NCBI GenBank assembly: GCA_964651385.1
Contig: CAZYYM010000002.1
Coordinates: 3,627 to 67,626 of the forward strand
Reading direction: 5' to 3'
Origin: an uncultured Gammaproteobacteria bacterium
Lineage (GTDB): Bacteria > Pseudomonadota > Gammaproteobacteria > GCA-001735895
DNA length: 64,000 nucleotides
The stretch's first letter is position 1. Every line of letters begins with the position of its first letter. Shown one piece after another: positions 29,013-40,983 of the stretch. The notes under the pieces were generated by a model. It was given only the letters and a program-made list of their open reading frames with translations, made no database searches and was not told the DNA's origin. Both the position numbers and the translations under genes were made by a program.

Positions 29013-31046
29013 TTACTTCGAACAATTCAGCCTCCCCGGTAAAATTTCCAGGTTTGCAGAAACTCGGGCAATTTCATTAAACAAATTATCTCTTGAAAAG
29101 GGTTTGGATATATGGCCATCAGCACCCATATCTTTATATCTGTTGACATCCGATACCATGGTATTGGCAGTAACTGTTATTATAGGTGTATAGGTTCCTT
29201 TAAGCTTTACAGTTAGTAGCTCGCCTGAAAGTTCCTTACCGGGAATTTCGCAGCAGATTCCCTGTTCACTGTTACGGATAATATCGATAGCCTGAATTCC
29301 ATCCATGACAGGCATTTGAATGTCCATCAGCACCAGATCAAATTGTTTTTTAGCAAGGCTCTTAAGCGCTTCAAGCCCATTTTCGACATGCATAGCATGA
29401 TGACCCTGTTTTTTAAGCGCTGCCATGGCGATTAAACCATTGGTTTTCTCGTCTTCGGCTAACAGGACATTTAATTCGCGAACGGATTGCGACAAGGCAT
29501 TACTAGCATGGCTGATTTTTCCGCTTTTTTCGGCAGATTCAGCTTTTTGGAAATTGACCCTAAACCAAAATGAGGCACCTGCCCCTTCTTCGCTTTCCAC
29601 GCCAATTTCACCACCCATCAACCTAACGATATTTTTGGAAATTGACAGGCCAAGACCGGTTCCACCATATTTTCTGGTCGTTGAGTTATCTGCCTGAGTG
29701 AATGACTGGAAAAGAGATTTCTGTTCTTGCTTACCGATGCCAATACCGGTATCGGAAACCGTAATTTTACAGGTGACATTTTTCGGGCTCTCGTCGACGG
29801 TTTCAAGAGAAATACGCACGCTCCCCCCTTCCGGGGTGAATTTAATCGCATTACTCACCAGGTTAATAATGATCTGGTTTAGTCGAATAAAATCTCCAGA
29901 TATCTGCCCTGAAAAACCAGCCATTAAATCTAACTCCAGGTCTATATCTTTTTTCCTGGCCTGTGGTAGAAGAACATTGCAGGTGTGTTCGAGTTTTTCC
30001 TTGAGATTAAAGCTCGTTGATTCCAATTCTAGCTTTCCAGCTTCAATTTTCGAAAAATCGAGAATATCATTGATTATTCTTAATAATCCTTCAGAGCTAT
30101 CCAATATGCTGTCGGCGTACTGTCTTTGATCAGACGTCAATGAAGTATCTTTCAATAACTCCGCCATACCCATAACGCCATTCATGGGGGTGCGTATCTC
30201 ATGACTCATATTGGCAAGAAAGGTCGATTTTGCCCTTGCAGCGGCTTCAACTTTTTTCTTCTCGGATTCCAGTAAATCTATTGAGACAGTTGAATTCCGA
30301 ATTTTTTCATCCCGTCGCTGGATCGCATCTCTCATCTGCGTAAATTCGTATATTAGAACACCCAATTCGTCTCTCACTACCCTCAAACTTTCGGGGTTAT
30401 TATTCTCATTTTCACCACTTGAATTTTTTTCAGGGTTCAAATTTTCAACCGCGTTGATCACCTCATTAAGCGGTTTTGTGATTAACTTTTTGGTAAAAAA
30501 CACAAAAAGCAACCATAGCATTGAAGCCTTTATTACCGCATTTATGACAGTAATAACAAGCGTGTATTTGACGCCCTGAAAAACTGTCTGATAGGAGCTA
30601 AACAATATTAACTGACCTACCAGTACAGTATCCGAAGTGCCTGCCGATGAATAATATACAGCCTGCGTAACCGGTATTAATTTATTAAGCTGATAGATTA
30701 TACCTGACGGATGATGATCCTGAGATACAGAACCAGCTTCATTTTCGATTACTGAACCAAGTGATGCCACTGGCTCGTTATTATCATCGACAATTATTAT
30801 TCCCGAAACCAGTTTGTTTTTAAGCAGCCCGCTAGCGACAGATTTAGCACTATTGAAATCTACATCCCAAAGGGCCTGTGATACCACGGGTGAAATTGTT
30901 TTCAATAGGCTCTGTAATTTGTCTTCCACCCCATTTTTTTCATTATTGAATTCCATAACCATCTGTATACCGGTGACGGTAGTGGCTAAAATAAAATAAA
31001 ATGCGAAAACTGATTTGACCAGCCTGTTAGCAATTTTAGAATGCAC
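29013..31046 (-). CDS. hybrid sensor histidine kinase/response regulator
   Basis: TM1, ~130-aa periplasmic region, TM2 and a HAMP-like linker. HisKA H-box [10 protein letters not shown], HATPase N/G boxes ([22 protein letters not shown]). C-terminal REC domain (LLAEDE...LVLMDIQMP...KPF). Confidence 0.92.
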   Translation of the reverse strand: MHSKIANRLVKSVFAFYFILATTVTGIQMVMEFNNEKNGVEDKLQSLLKTISPVVSQALWDVDFNSAKSVASGLLKNKLVSGIIIVDDNNEPVASLGSVIENEAGSVSQDHHPSGIIYQLNKLIPVTQAVYYSSAGTSDTVLVGQLILFSSYQTVFQGVKYTLVITVINAVIKASMLWLLFVFFTKKLITKPLNEVINAVENLNPEKNSSGENENNNPESLRVVRDELGVLIYEFTQMRDAIQRRDEKIRNSTVSIDLLESEKKKVEAAARAKSTFLANMSHEIRTPMNGVMGMAELLKDTSLTSDQRQYADSILDSSEGLLRIINDILDFSKIEAGKLELESTSFNLKEKLEHTCNVLLPQARKKDIDLELDLMAGFSGQISGDFIRLNQIIINLVSNAIKFTPEGGSVRISLETVDESPKNVTCKITVSDTGIGIGKQEQKSLFQSFTQADNSTTRKYGGTGLGLSISKNIVRLMGGEIGVESEEGAGASFWFRVNFQKAESAEKSGKISHASNALSQSVRELNVLLAEDEKTNGLIAMAALKKQGHHAMHVENGLEALKSLAKKQFDLVLMDIQMPVMDGIQAIDIIRNSEQGICCEIPGKELSGELLTVKLKGTYTPIITVTANTMVSDVNRYKDMGADGHISKPFSRDNLFNEIARVSANLEILPGRLNCSK

Positions 31047-31052
31047 TTTCTG

Positions 31053-31805
31053 CTACTCGATGTTCCCGATTTCTTGCTGAATCCTGTCAATAATCTGCTG
31101 GTATTTACCCGTCTTCTTCAATTTTTTTAATCCCCGGTTAAACCTTGAGCAAAATTCCTGCTGGCGAGCCGATACTTTCGAACACATCACGTATAGTGGT
31201 TTATCATCCAGTGGTTTTTTTACGAAATCGAGCTCCCCCAAAGACTGTGGGTAATTTGTTGCAAGAATGTTTAATGCGGTAAATTTGTCGATGACAGCAA
31301 GATCCAGACGCCCTTTGAGTAGTTTGGCAATATTTTGTTCGTCGCTATTGACTAGCTGTTTATTTAAAAAATCAGCGTCATCAAACTCAGGGGTATTTAC
31401 ATATCCCTGTACTACACCAATCGAATACTGCTTGAGATCTTTGAGTTCGATGAAATCAATTTGCTTTGCCCTTGATTTGATAAATACCAGGGGACCCTGA
31501 ATAAAATTATCAGAGAACGAGTAGGTCCTCAATCTTTCCTTCGAATAATAAGCAGGGTATATAGCATCTAAACGACCTTCGCTGACTTCTTTCAGCCCCC
31601 TTGCCCAGGGCAGGAAAACTATCCGTGAATTCACACCGACAGCTTTGAAGGCCGCCTTGACGATTTCGGTGGTAAATCCCTCTTCAGCCAGTTTTTTGCC
31701 GACATAAGGGGGCCATTCCAATGTGGCCAGATTGACAGTTTCCTGGGCAGTGGCCGGATTCATAGCCATGCAAATATAGACAAATAATGCTGTTAGAAAC
31801 CTCAT
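31053..31805 (-). CDS. periplasmic family-3 solute-binding-like protein (orphan)
   Basis: Signal peptide MRFLTALFVYICMAMNPATA, then LATLEWPPYVG...RLDAIYPAYYSKER...GRLDLAVIDK, typical of orphan SBP_bac_3 proteins. ATG 31805 with an aggga RBS preferred to the GTG at 31826. Confidence 0.75.
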   Translation of the reverse strand: MRFLTALFVYICMAMNPATAQETVNLATLEWPPYVGKKLAEEGFTTEIVKAAFKAVGVNSRIVFLPWARGLKEVSEGRLDAIYPAYYSKERLRTYSFSDNFIQGPLVFIKSRAKQIDFIELKDLKQYSIGVVQGYVNTPEFDDADFLNKQLVNSDEQNIAKLLKGRLDLAVIDKFTALNILATNYPQSLGELDFVKKPLDDKPLYVMCSKVSARQQEFCSRFNRGLKKLKKTGKYQQIIDRIQQEIGNIE

Positions 31806-32020
31806 GATTCCCTGCCGTATTTTCACTGTATCGTTTGATTATAGAGCAGATACCGAAATTTTCTGACATACCACGTGGAATTTCAAAGACACGGCTTCGA
31901 CTGGCGCCGGTTTTTAACCCTATATATTAAACTCCGGGAGAGTGGCCAGGAAAATTCGACCAATATTTAATCCTCTGCCAGCTGCCACCACTTGGCAAAA
32001 TACTGCAGGATCCAGAATTT

Positions 32021-33403
32021 CTAACGATCCTGGGGTGTCACTTTCTTTTCATAATCTTCGTTTAACACCAGCGATTCGTGCCGCATCAACACCCTGATTA
32101 AGGCTATCGAAGGCAGACCCAGTGCAGCCGCATAGGTAAAAAATACCGCATAGCTACTACTGTCAACTATCAGCCCGGAAAATCCAGCAAGAAACTTTGC
32201 CAGTAGTAACATGATGGAACTGAACAGCGCATACTGCGTGGCTGTATAAGCCTTGTGAGTCAGCGCTGACAGATAGGCAACAAAGGTTGTCGTTGCAATA
32301 CCCGCGGCAAGGTTATCCGCTCCCACCACAAGGATTAACCAGAGTAGCTCGGGCTGTTGTGTCGCCAACCATGCAAATAACAGGTTAGTCAGCACGACCA
32401 GTACCGCTCCCACCATCAGCATGCGCATCTTGCCGTAATGCATCACCAGTATGCCACCAAACAGCGCACCGCCAATGGTCACGAAAGGACCCACAGTTTT
32501 GGTTACCAGCCCGATCTGGAGTTCGTTGTAGCCCATATCGATGTAAAACGGGTTGGCCATAACACCGAGCGTAATATCACTGATACGAAATACCATGATA
32601 AACAAAAGGATCACGATTGCGGACAGTCCATGCCGGGCAAAAAATTCGGCAAAAGGGCTAACCACAGCACCCGCGAACCATCGCCGAAGATGCGACACTA
32701 GTCCAGTCGACGCGTCCTGCTCGTCAGTCAATGCATTAATAATCTTTCGCTCGGTTTCCAGCTGATGTGAACTAACACCATGATCCGGTTCCGGGATTAA
32801 AAATACCGTGAATACTCCGATCATCATGCACCCCGCCATAAAATTATAAGCCAGCGGCCAGGAATAAAAATGCGCCAAAGAAAATGCACCCCCACCGGCC
32901 ACTATCATGCCTAATCGATAACCCAGTTGATAGCTCCCGGCCATCGCTCCCTGGAAATCGTCATCCAGCGCCTCGATACGCCAGGCATCAACCGCTATAT
33001 CCTGAGTTGCCGAAGAAAAGGCGGTCACAACCGCAAACATCACCACATATTTCAACTGGCTCAACGGATCACTACCTGCCATGCTCAGCAAACCGTAAAT
33101 AATCCCCGCCTGCCCAAGCAACATCCAGCTACGGCGCTTACCCAGCAGCGAAGTCAAAAATGGTAACGGCATGCGGTCGACTAAGGGCGACCAGAGAAAC
33201 TTGAATCCATAGGCTAGTGCTACCCAACTGACAAATCCGATGGTAGTTTTGTCCACCCCCTCAACGCGCAACCAGGCAGACAGCGTACCGAACACCAGCA
33301 ACAACGGCAGCCCAGCGGAAAACCCCAGAAATAGCATCGCAATTACCCGTGGCTGGCGATACACCAGGAATGACTGCGACCAGTCGTGCAACCTGTCTCT
33401 CAC
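32021..33403 (-). CDS. ampG: muropeptide MFS transporter AmpG
   Basis: YRQPRVIAMLFLGFSAGLPLLLVFGTLSAWL aligns with the E. coli AmpG N-terminus as I remember it. 12-14 TM MFS layout. Confidence 0.88.
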   Translation of the reverse strand: MRDRLHDWSQSFLVYRQPRVIAMLFLGFSAGLPLLLVFGTLSAWLRVEGVDKTTIGFVSWVALAYGFKFLWSPLVDRMPLPFLTSLLGKRRSWMLLGQAGIIYGLLSMAGSDPLSQLKYVVMFAVVTAFSSATQDIAVDAWRIEALDDDFQGAMAGSYQLGYRLGMIVAGGGAFSLAHFYSWPLAYNFMAGCMMIGVFTVFLIPEPDHGVSSHQLETERKIINALTDEQDASTGLVSHLRRWFAGAVVSPFAEFFARHGLSAIVILLFIMVFRISDITLGVMANPFYIDMGYNELQIGLVTKTVGPFVTIGGALFGGILVMHYGKMRMLMVGAVLVVLTNLLFAWLATQQPELLWLILVVGADNLAAGIATTTFVAYLSALTHKAYTATQYALFSSIMLLLAKFLAGFSGLIVDSSSYAVFFTYAAALGLPSIALIRVLMRHESLVLNEDYEKKVTPQDR

Positions 33404-34179
33404 GACTGAATGTTAAAATTGTAATCCAGAATCAACGGCGCGTGATCGGAGAAACGCTCTTTTTTATAAATACCGGCCTTCTGTATGACGGACCTCAATC
33501 CAGGTGTCACGATGTGATAATCAATGCGCCAACCGACATTCTTGTCCCAGGACTGCCCGCGGTTCGACCACCAGGTATATTGCTCTTCGCGTTGGTCGAC
33601 AACCCGAAATGCATCGACATAACCAACGCGGTCGAACAATTCGGTTAACCAGGCGCGTTCTTCTGGCAGAAAGCCTGAATTTTTCTGATTCGAACGCCAG
33701 TTTTTCAAATCGATATTCTGGTGTGCAATATTCCAGTCCCCGCAAATAATGAATTCGCGATGCTTACGACGCAGAGATTGCAAATGCAGCATAAAGCTAT
33801 CCATAAATCGCCATTTGGATTCCTGCCGATGATCGCCTGATGACCCCGACGGTGCATATAGCGATATCACCGAGAGATTTTTGTAACGGTATTCGATGTA
33901 TCTCCCCTCATTATCGAATTCAGATTCGCCGAAGCCACGAACAATTTTTAGCGGCTTATGGCGGCTATAAATAGCGGTGCCACTATAACCTTTCTTCAGC
34001 GCATCAAAATAACTACAGGTATAGCTTTCCGGGTGATACATCGGATCATCAAGCTGATCAACCTGTGCCTTGGTCTCTTGCACACAGACAAAATCGGCCT
34101 TCTGCCCGGCCAGCCAATCGAAAAAGCCCTTCCGCGCAGCAGCCCTGATACCATTGGTATTAATCGATATAACGCGCAT
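33400..34179 (-). CDS. xthA: exodeoxyribonuclease III
   Basis: MRVISINTNGIRAA...DFVCVQETK...SDHAPLILDY are EEP-family Xth motifs. ATG 34179 preferred to the TTG at 34206. Confidence 0.93.
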   Translation of the reverse strand: MRVISINTNGIRAAARKGFFDWLAGQKADFVCVQETKAQVDQLDDPMYHPESYTCSYFDALKKGYSGTAIYSRHKPLKIVRGFGESEFDNEGRYIEYRYKNLSVISLYAPSGSSGDHRQESKWRFMDSFMLHLQSLRRKHREFIICGDWNIAHQNIDLKNWRSNQKNSGFLPEERAWLTELFDRVGYVDAFRVVDQREEQYTWWSNRGQSWDKNVGWRIDYHIVTPGLRSVIQKAGIYKKERFSDHAPLILDYNFNIQS

Positions 34180-34250
34180 AAAAGCTTTACCACTTTCAAT
34201 CAACAAAACAGGCGCTATGATACATCAGTTAAATTTGAAACGGGCAAACC

Positions 34251-34889
34251 ATGCTGGACTATCAATCGCGCTTCCTCGACTACTGCCTGCAGCGGGGCGC
34301 ACTCACATTTGGCGAATTCGCACTAAAATCCGGGCGCATCAGCCCGTACTTTTTCAACGCCGGTATTTTCAACCGGGGAGCCGATCTCGCCGCTCTGGGC
34401 GCTTTTTACAGCGAGGCCATCCAGCACGCCGGGATCGATTTCGACCTGTTATTCGGCCCGGCCTACAAGGGCATACCACTGGCAGCGATTACCGCCAGTG
34501 CGCTCTATCAGCATCACCAACGCGATATACCCTATGCATTCGACCGCAAAGAAGCCAAGGATCATGGTGAAGGTGGCAATACCGTCGGCGCCACAATCAA
34601 GGGAAAAGTTATGATTATCGACGATGTCATTACAGCAGGTACTGCGATTAGACAGTCTATGCAGCTCATCGAATCTCTCGGCGCACAGGTTTGCGCGGTT
34701 ACCATTGCTCTCGACCGCCAGGAAAAAGGTCAGGGAGACAGCTCAGCGATTCAAGAGCTCGAGACATTCGGTGTCCGCGTAATACCAATTATTCAACTTG
34801 CCGATATCTTGCAATATCTGCAGAATAACCGGCAAACCGACAAACTGGTCAAAGTTCAAAGCTATCGAGCGCAGTACGGTATCGACTGA
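34251..34889 (+). CDS. pyrE: orotate phosphoribosyltransferase
   Basis: [18 protein letters not shown] and PRPP-binding loop [13 protein letters not shown]. Confidence 0.96.
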   Translation: MLDYQSRFLDYCLQRGALTFGEFALKSGRISPYFFNAGIFNRGADLAALGAFYSEAIQHAGIDFDLLFGPAYKGIPLAAITASALYQHHQRDIPYAFDRKEAKDHGEGGNTVGATIKGKVMIIDDVITAGTAIRQSMQLIESLGAQVCAVTIALDRQEKGQGDSSAIQELETFGVRVIPIIQLADILQYLQNNRQTDKLVKVQSYRAQYGID

Positions 34890-34935
34890 TACTCGACAGC
34901 CCTATACCGGCCAATGGTCTACTACCGGAGGGAAT

Positions 34936-35691
34936 ATGAAATACCTGTTACTCGCGAGCTGCTTGTTTGCATTTTCAGCCCAGGCTACGGAAACCATCAC
35001 AGTCGATAGCAAACCATTGAAAACAGCGGTGGTTGAACTATTTACCTCGGAAGGATGCAGCAGTTGTCCACCCGCCGACCTCTGGCTTGAAGCCCTGGTT
35101 GAAACACCCTCGGATGAATTCGACGTATTGGCTCTGGCCTTTCACGTCGATTACTGGGATTACATTGGCTGGAAAGACCGATTCGCCAGCCCGAAGTATA
35201 CCAGTCGTCAACGTCAGCTCGGCGCCAATAACAAGCAACGAAGCATATACACGCCCGAATTTTTTGTCGGTGGTAAGGAAACCCGGGGTACCGCCCGCGT
35301 TTTAAATGAAATTCGCCAGGCCAACCAGATACATGCCCAAATCGACTTAAAATTAACCATCAGAAAAGAGGGCAATGGTTTGCAACTCGATCTCGAGCCC
35401 AACAGTGAAAAAGTAAACACCAATGGGTTACATTTTCGCTATTTCGTCTATGAGAAAAACCTGGTCAGTGACGTCACTCGTGGCGAAAATTCTGGAAAGA
35501 CGCTAAGACATCAACAAGTAGTCCGTTATATGAGTTCGGCGCGGAAACTCAATCAAACAAATTCCTACATGATAAGCATCGATCCCGACTGGAAACTCAA
35601 TAATATCGGTGTGGCTGCGCTGGTGACAACACCGGGTAACCTGTCATATTTACAGGCAGTGCATACGCCGATTACAGCTTTATTCGACTAA
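34936..35691 (+). CDS. DUF1223 domain-containing secreted protein
   Basis: Signal peptide MKYLLLASCLFAFSAQA, then VELFTSEGCSSCPPAD...HVDYWDYIGWKD, the DUF1223 hallmark. The ORF-track start at 34798 lies inside pyrE. Confidence 0.8.
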   Translation: MKYLLLASCLFAFSAQATETITVDSKPLKTAVVELFTSEGCSSCPPADLWLEALVETPSDEFDVLALAFHVDYWDYIGWKDRFASPKYTSRQRQLGANNKQRSIYTPEFFVGGKETRGTARVLNEIRQANQIHAQIDLKLTIRKEGNGLQLDLEPNSEKVNTNGLHFRYFVYEKNLVSDVTRGENSGKTLRHQQVVRYMSSARKLNQTNSYMISIDPDWKLNNIGVAALVTTPGNLSYLQAVHTPITALFD

Positions 35692-35835
35692 AGACCAGAG
35701 CTGATCCACAATTTAACGAGTCATTCATGAAATACCGACCTGAATGGACTATGATTAAAGCGATTTTAAGCTGATTGCGCTGTAGCAATTCCATCCGTTC
35801 AAGCGCTTAACCAATATTCTTTTAAATATTACGCT

Positions 35836-36498
35836 ATGAGCCTGATGCATTCGACTACCATCAAAAACCGCTTGCTGATATCCATCGGTAGTATTCTATT
35901 CTCCGTCTGTACGTCGGCACCGGCGGCAACTCTCTACAAATGGGTCGATGAAAATGGCGAGGTACGTTATAGCGATCAATTACCACCGGACCAGATAAAG
36001 CAGAAACACCAGACACTCAACAATCAAGGCGTCGTTATCGATACCAGAGAAGCTGCAAAAACAGAGGAACAACTGGCTACCGAGGCAGAAGCCAAAAAGG
36101 CTCTCGAAGCGCAGCAAGCCAAAGAAAAACGATTAAAGGAAATTCAGGATAAACAAGACCGCGTTTTGCTGTTAACTTTTAGCTCCGAAAAGGAAATGAG
36201 TGCAGTTCACGATAATCGAATCGATGTTATTGAATCGGTCATTCGCCTGATCAACAAAAGCATCGCGGCAACCGAAGCACGACTCATCAAACTCGAAGAT
36301 TCCGCTGACCTGGTTTATCTCTCCAAAGGCAAGGAAGTACCGGGTGGTCTGGCACAAAACATCGAACACTTTACGCGTAAGGTAGCCAACCGAAAAGAGC
36401 AGCTGCGCCTGAAGAAACTGGAAAAACAAAACTTAAACGAACAGTTTAACTCTGACCTGGCGCGATACCGCCTGCTCAAATCCGGGCAAAACAACTAG
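35836..36498 (+). CDS. DUF4124 domain-containing protein
   Basis: Signal/anchor segment, then LYKWVDENGEVRYSDQLPPD (DUF4124 signature), followed by a long coiled coil. Confidence 0.75.
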   Translation: MSLMHSTTIKNRLLISIGSILFSVCTSAPAATLYKWVDENGEVRYSDQLPPDQIKQKHQTLNNQGVVIDTREAAKTEEQLATEAEAKKALEAQQAKEKRLKEIQDKQDRVLLLTFSSEKEMSAVHDNRIDVIESVIRLINKSIAATEARLIKLEDSADLVYLSKGKEVPGGLAQNIEHFTRKVANRKEQLRLKKLEKQNLNEQFNSDLARYRLLKSGQNN

Positions 36499-36513
36499 TG
36501 TCCAATACTAGTC

Positions 36514-37410
<897 letters not shown>

Positions 37411-37425
37411 TTATCAAAGTTGAAT

Positions 37426-38628
37426 CTATAGTTTCGCCAGATATTGATCCGCCAGCAAATCGATCAATTGTCGAGCGATTTCAGTCTTACTCGTCAATGG
37501 CAACACACGTCGAAAGTTCCTGCCCAATAACAGAATTTCATTGTTATCGCTTTCAAATCCCGAAGGGCCATAACCCACTCGATTGGCGGCAATCATATCA
37601 AGGTTTTTACGCAGCCGCTTAGCCGCTGCATGTTGTTCTACATTTTCGGTTTCGGCGGCAAAACCTAGCGTAAATGGCGCTTTTTTGAGCGCAGCTACCT
37701 CGCAAACAATATCCGGATTCTGAACCAGCGATAATTGCATGACATCCGTAGTTTTTTTGATTTTTTGCCTCGCCGGTTGTTCGATTCGATAATCGGCAAC
37801 CGCCGCACAGGCAATAAAAATGTCAGCCTGACTCACTCGTTGCATCACAGCGTCGTGCATTTCGACCGCACTTTCGACCATTATCCGATCAACACCCGTC
37901 GGCGGAAATATGGATACCGGTCCACTGACGAGGGTCACCCTGGCTCCCGCCTCATTAGCTGCCTGTGCCAATGCATAACCCATTTTACCGGAACTTCGAT
38001 TGCTGATATAACGCACCGGATCTATAGTTTCCCGGGTGGGTCCGGCAGTGATTAAAATATGCCGACTATAGAGCTTTCCTGCCTCGAAATGCCGATCAAC
38101 CAGCCGAAACAAGTCATCGGCCTCCAACATGCGTCCCAGCCCCACATCACCACAGGCTTGCTCACCCGAATCGGGGCCCCAGATGCGCGTATTGCGTGAT
38201 CCCAGCGATCGCAAATTATCCTGTGTCGCCTCACTGGCATACATTTGCTGGTTCATGGCGGGCGCCATTGCAATTGGCTCCGCTGCGGCCAGACATATGC
38301 TTAGTAGAATATTATCCGCATAACCCTGACTGAGTTTTGCGATAAAATCTGCGGAGGCTGGCGCCACCAATATCAAGTCAGCCCATCGCGCGAGTTCGAT
38401 ATGATCCATCGCTGATTCGGATTCTGCATCGAAAATTTCACTATATACTCGATGTCCACTCAACGCCTGGAAAGTCAGCGGTTGTATAAACTCGCGCCCT
38501 GCCGGTGTCATCACCACGCGTACTTCGGCGCCGGCTTTAACTAACAGGCGAAGCAACTCAGCGGATTTATAGGCCGCGATACCCCCGGTCACGCCGAGTA
38601 CGATTTTTTTCTTGTGCATTGATTGCAT
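37426..38628 (-). CDS. coaBC: bifunctional phosphopantothenoylcysteine decarboxylase/phosphopantothenate--cysteine ligase
   Basis: KKIVLGVTGGIAAYK flavoprotein N-domain, PAMNQQM, and CoaB domain ITAGPTRETIDPVRYISNRSSGKMG. ATG at 38628 or 38619 preferred to the TTG at 38679, which would overlap radC. Confidence 0.93.
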   Translation of the reverse strand: MQSMHKKKIVLGVTGGIAAYKSAELLRLLVKAGAEVRVVMTPAGREFIQPLTFQALSGHRVYSEIFDAESESAMDHIELARWADLILVAPASADFIAKLSQGYADNILLSICLAAAEPIAMAPAMNQQMYASEATQDNLRSLGSRNTRIWGPDSGEQACGDVGLGRMLEADDLFRLVDRHFEAGKLYSRHILITAGPTRETIDPVRYISNRSSGKMGYALAQAANEAGARVTLVSGPVSIFPPTGVDRIMVESAVEMHDAVMQRVSQADIFIACAAVADYRIEQPARQKIKKTTDVMQLSLVQNPDIVCEVAALKKAPFTLGFAAETENVEQHAAAKRLRKNLDMIAANRVGYGPSGFESDNNEILLLGRNFRRVLPLTSKTEIARQLIDLLADQYLAKL

Positions 38629-38672
38629 ATCCTTTATTTTAACCGACAGGAAACCAACGTAAAGGAATACCA

Positions 38673-39344
38673 ATGGCAATTACCGATTGGCCGAGTGAAG
38701 AACGCCCCCGCGAAAAACTGCTACAAAAAGGCCCTGGCAGTCTGTCTGACGCCGAACTGCTGGCCATTTTTCTTCGAACCGGTATTCAGGGTAGCTCGGC
38801 TGTCGACCTGGCCAGGCAGCTGCTTAGCAGCTTCGGGTCTCTACGGTCGCTGTTAACCGCCTCGCATTGCGAATTCTGCAGCCACAAGGGTCTTGGCGAC
38901 GCCAAATATGCCCAACTGCAGGCAGTTCTCGAAATGGCTAATCGTCACTTATCAGAGTCCATTAAACGAACTGATTGCTTAACCAGCCCGACAGACACCA
39001 TGACTTATCTGCGCAGTCGGCTACGCGATCAACCGCATGAAATTTTCGCCTGCCTGATGCTCGACAATCGCAACCGGGTTATCGCCTTTCGTGAATTATT
39101 TCGAGGCACCATCGATGGCGCCAGCGTTTACCCCCGGGAAGTCGTCAAACAGGCGCTGGCCGATAACGCGGCCTGCATCATCTTCGCGCATAACCATCCT
39201 TCGGGCATAAGTGAACCCAGCCAGGCCGATATTGAGATAACCGAACGACTAAAAAAGGCTCTCGCGCTGGTCGATATTCGGGTACTCGATCATGTTATCG
39301 TCGGCGAAAAAAACCTGTGTTTTTCGGAACAAGGTTTAATTTAA
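38673..39344 (+). CDS. radC: RadC-family JAB-domain protein
   Basis: N-terminal ERPREKLL...[14 protein letters not shown] and JAMM motif HNHPSG...PSQADIEIT. aaaggaa RBS upstream. Divergent from coaBC as in E. coli. Confidence 0.9.
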   Translation: MAITDWPSEERPREKLLQKGPGSLSDAELLAIFLRTGIQGSSAVDLARQLLSSFGSLRSLLTASHCEFCSHKGLGDAKYAQLQAVLEMANRHLSESIKRTDCLTSPTDTMTYLRSRLRDQPHEIFACLMLDNRNRVIAFRELFRGTIDGASVYPREVVKQALADNAACIIFAHNHPSGISEPSQADIEITERLKKALALVDIRVLDHVIVGEKNLCFSEQGLI

Positions 39345-40955
39345 ATCCAGGCGGCTACCGGGTTTTTGATACCAGTCGGGAATTTGTTCGGCTTCAAGCG
39401 GTCGACTGATATAATAGCCTTGAACATAATCGCAGGCCATTTCATCCAGTAATTCTTCAATATCGGCTGTTTCTACGCCCTCCGCAGTAACCTTTAAATC
39501 GAGTGTATGCGCGAGTTCAATAGTCGCTTTAACGATGAGTTTATCATCCGGGTTATTGCTCATATCACGAATAAACGATTGATCTATCTTCAGCTTTTCA
39601 ACCGGTAATTTTTTCAGGTAAGTTAGCGATGCCTGGCCGGTACCAAAATCATCAATCGACAGCGGTAATCCCAACATTTCCAGGTGCGACAGGGTTTCGG
39701 CAACTTCGTCTGGATCTTGCATGATCTGACTTTCGGTAATTTCAATCATCACCTGTCCTGGCTTGATGTCGTACTTCTTCAGGCATTTTTCAATTCGGCT
39801 GGGCAGATATCGATCGTGTAGATCAACCATAGAAAGATTAATCCCAATCATCAAATCTTTGATGTTGAGTTGATTAATGAGCTTGCAAACCGATAAAACT
39901 ATCCAGTTGGTCAAAGGTTGAATCAATTGATTTTTTTCGGCCAACTGGATGGTGCGTTCGATGGAGACACCGTACATATCGGGATTTTTCCAACGTAACA
40001 GAGCTTCGAGATAGACTGTACGACGCCCTTTTAATTCGATTACTGGCTGAAATACCAACTTAAATTGATCGTTATCAAGCGCCTGACGAAACGACTGGAC
40101 CAAGGTAAATCCTGACAGGTCGGTTTTCTTGTCATCTTCATAAAATCCAATAGGCCAGTTTGTTCCCTTTGCCTGATTCATTGCGGCGGCGGCATAATCG
40201 AATAATTGGGTAGAAGACCCGGCTTGCCCCGGATAAAGCGAAATGCCCAATACAATACTGATATCTAATTGCCGTCCATAAATTTTATAGCGCCGGGCAA
40301 GCTTTAAATATATTTTTTCTACCAGTCCGACCAGTTGATCCTGATCCTGTACTTCGAGTAAAAGCGCAAATTGATTATGCTCAAAATGAGAGACATTGTC
40401 GGAGGCGCGCAAGCCTTCACTAAGCCGCACTGAGACCTGTTTTAACAACGCATCTACCAGATACTGGCCATGCGTTCTGCCAATCGTTTCAGTCCCATCA
40501 ACCTCAAGCAAAACCAGCGCATATTTACGTCCTGATCGTCTTCCATCACTAATCGCCTGATTCAGTCGGTCTTCAAAAATAGTACGAGTATGCAACCCGG
40601 TAGGAGAATCACTTCGAACAATTTTTTCCACTTCATTGTAGTAGAGCTTCAGGTGTTCCAAACCAATGGTTTCTTCCCTCGGCTTGACGACTCGGTCCCC
40701 GTACTGCCTTCGCACCAGTTTCTCCATCTTAACGGCAAGCCTTAAAACAGGGCTTATGATGCCTCTATTAAGTTGCTGATATACCAGTAGGATGGCGAGC
40801 ACAACAAACAATATCACCGGAATCAGGTGTTGCCACCAAACCTCTGCAAATTTATCAGTAACCGCTAAATATAATGAACCACTCCAGATCAGGATAAAAA
40901 ACAATCCGAGCGTGGCCAATAGCAGGACGATAAAAATTGAAAGTCGTGGTTTCAT
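39336..40955 (-). CDS. membrane-anchored degenerate-GGDEF/EAL protein (probable c-di-GMP phosphodiesterase)
   Basis: Two TM helices plus a HAMP-like linker. The GGDEF-domain active-site position reads FEHNQF (degenerate). EAL-domain motifs are intact ([20 protein letters not shown]). ATG 40955 avoids overlap with yicC. Confidence 0.85.
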   Translation of the reverse strand: MKPRLSIFIVLLLATLGLFFILIWSGSLYLAVTDKFAEVWWQHLIPVILFVVLAILLVYQQLNRGIISPVLRLAVKMEKLVRRQYGDRVVKPREETIGLEHLKLYYNEVEKIVRSDSPTGLHTRTIFEDRLNQAISDGRRSGRKYALVLLEVDGTETIGRTHGQYLVDALLKQVSVRLSEGLRASDNVSHFEHNQFALLLEVQDQDQLVGLVEKIYLKLARRYKIYGRQLDISIVLGISLYPGQAGSSTQLFDYAAAAMNQAKGTNWPIGFYEDDKKTDLSGFTLVQSFRQALDNDQFKLVFQPVIELKGRRTVYLEALLRWKNPDMYGVSIERTIQLAEKNQLIQPLTNWIVLSVCKLINQLNIKDLMIGINLSMVDLHDRYLPSRIEKCLKKYDIKPGQVMIEITESQIMQDPDEVAETLSHLEMLGLPLSIDDFGTGQASLTYLKKLPVEKLKIDQSFIRDMSNNPDDKLIVKATIELAHTLDLKVTAEGVETADIEELLDEMACDYVQGYYISRPLEAEQIPDWYQKPGSRLDLN

Positions 40956-40983
40956 TTTGACAGCAGCAAAGGCAGGACCTTTG

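Noticed and set aside
32005-32034. caggatc...gatcctg inverted repeat overlapping the ampG stop.
   Set aside because: It has only 7 bp, overlaps coding sequence and has no T-tract.
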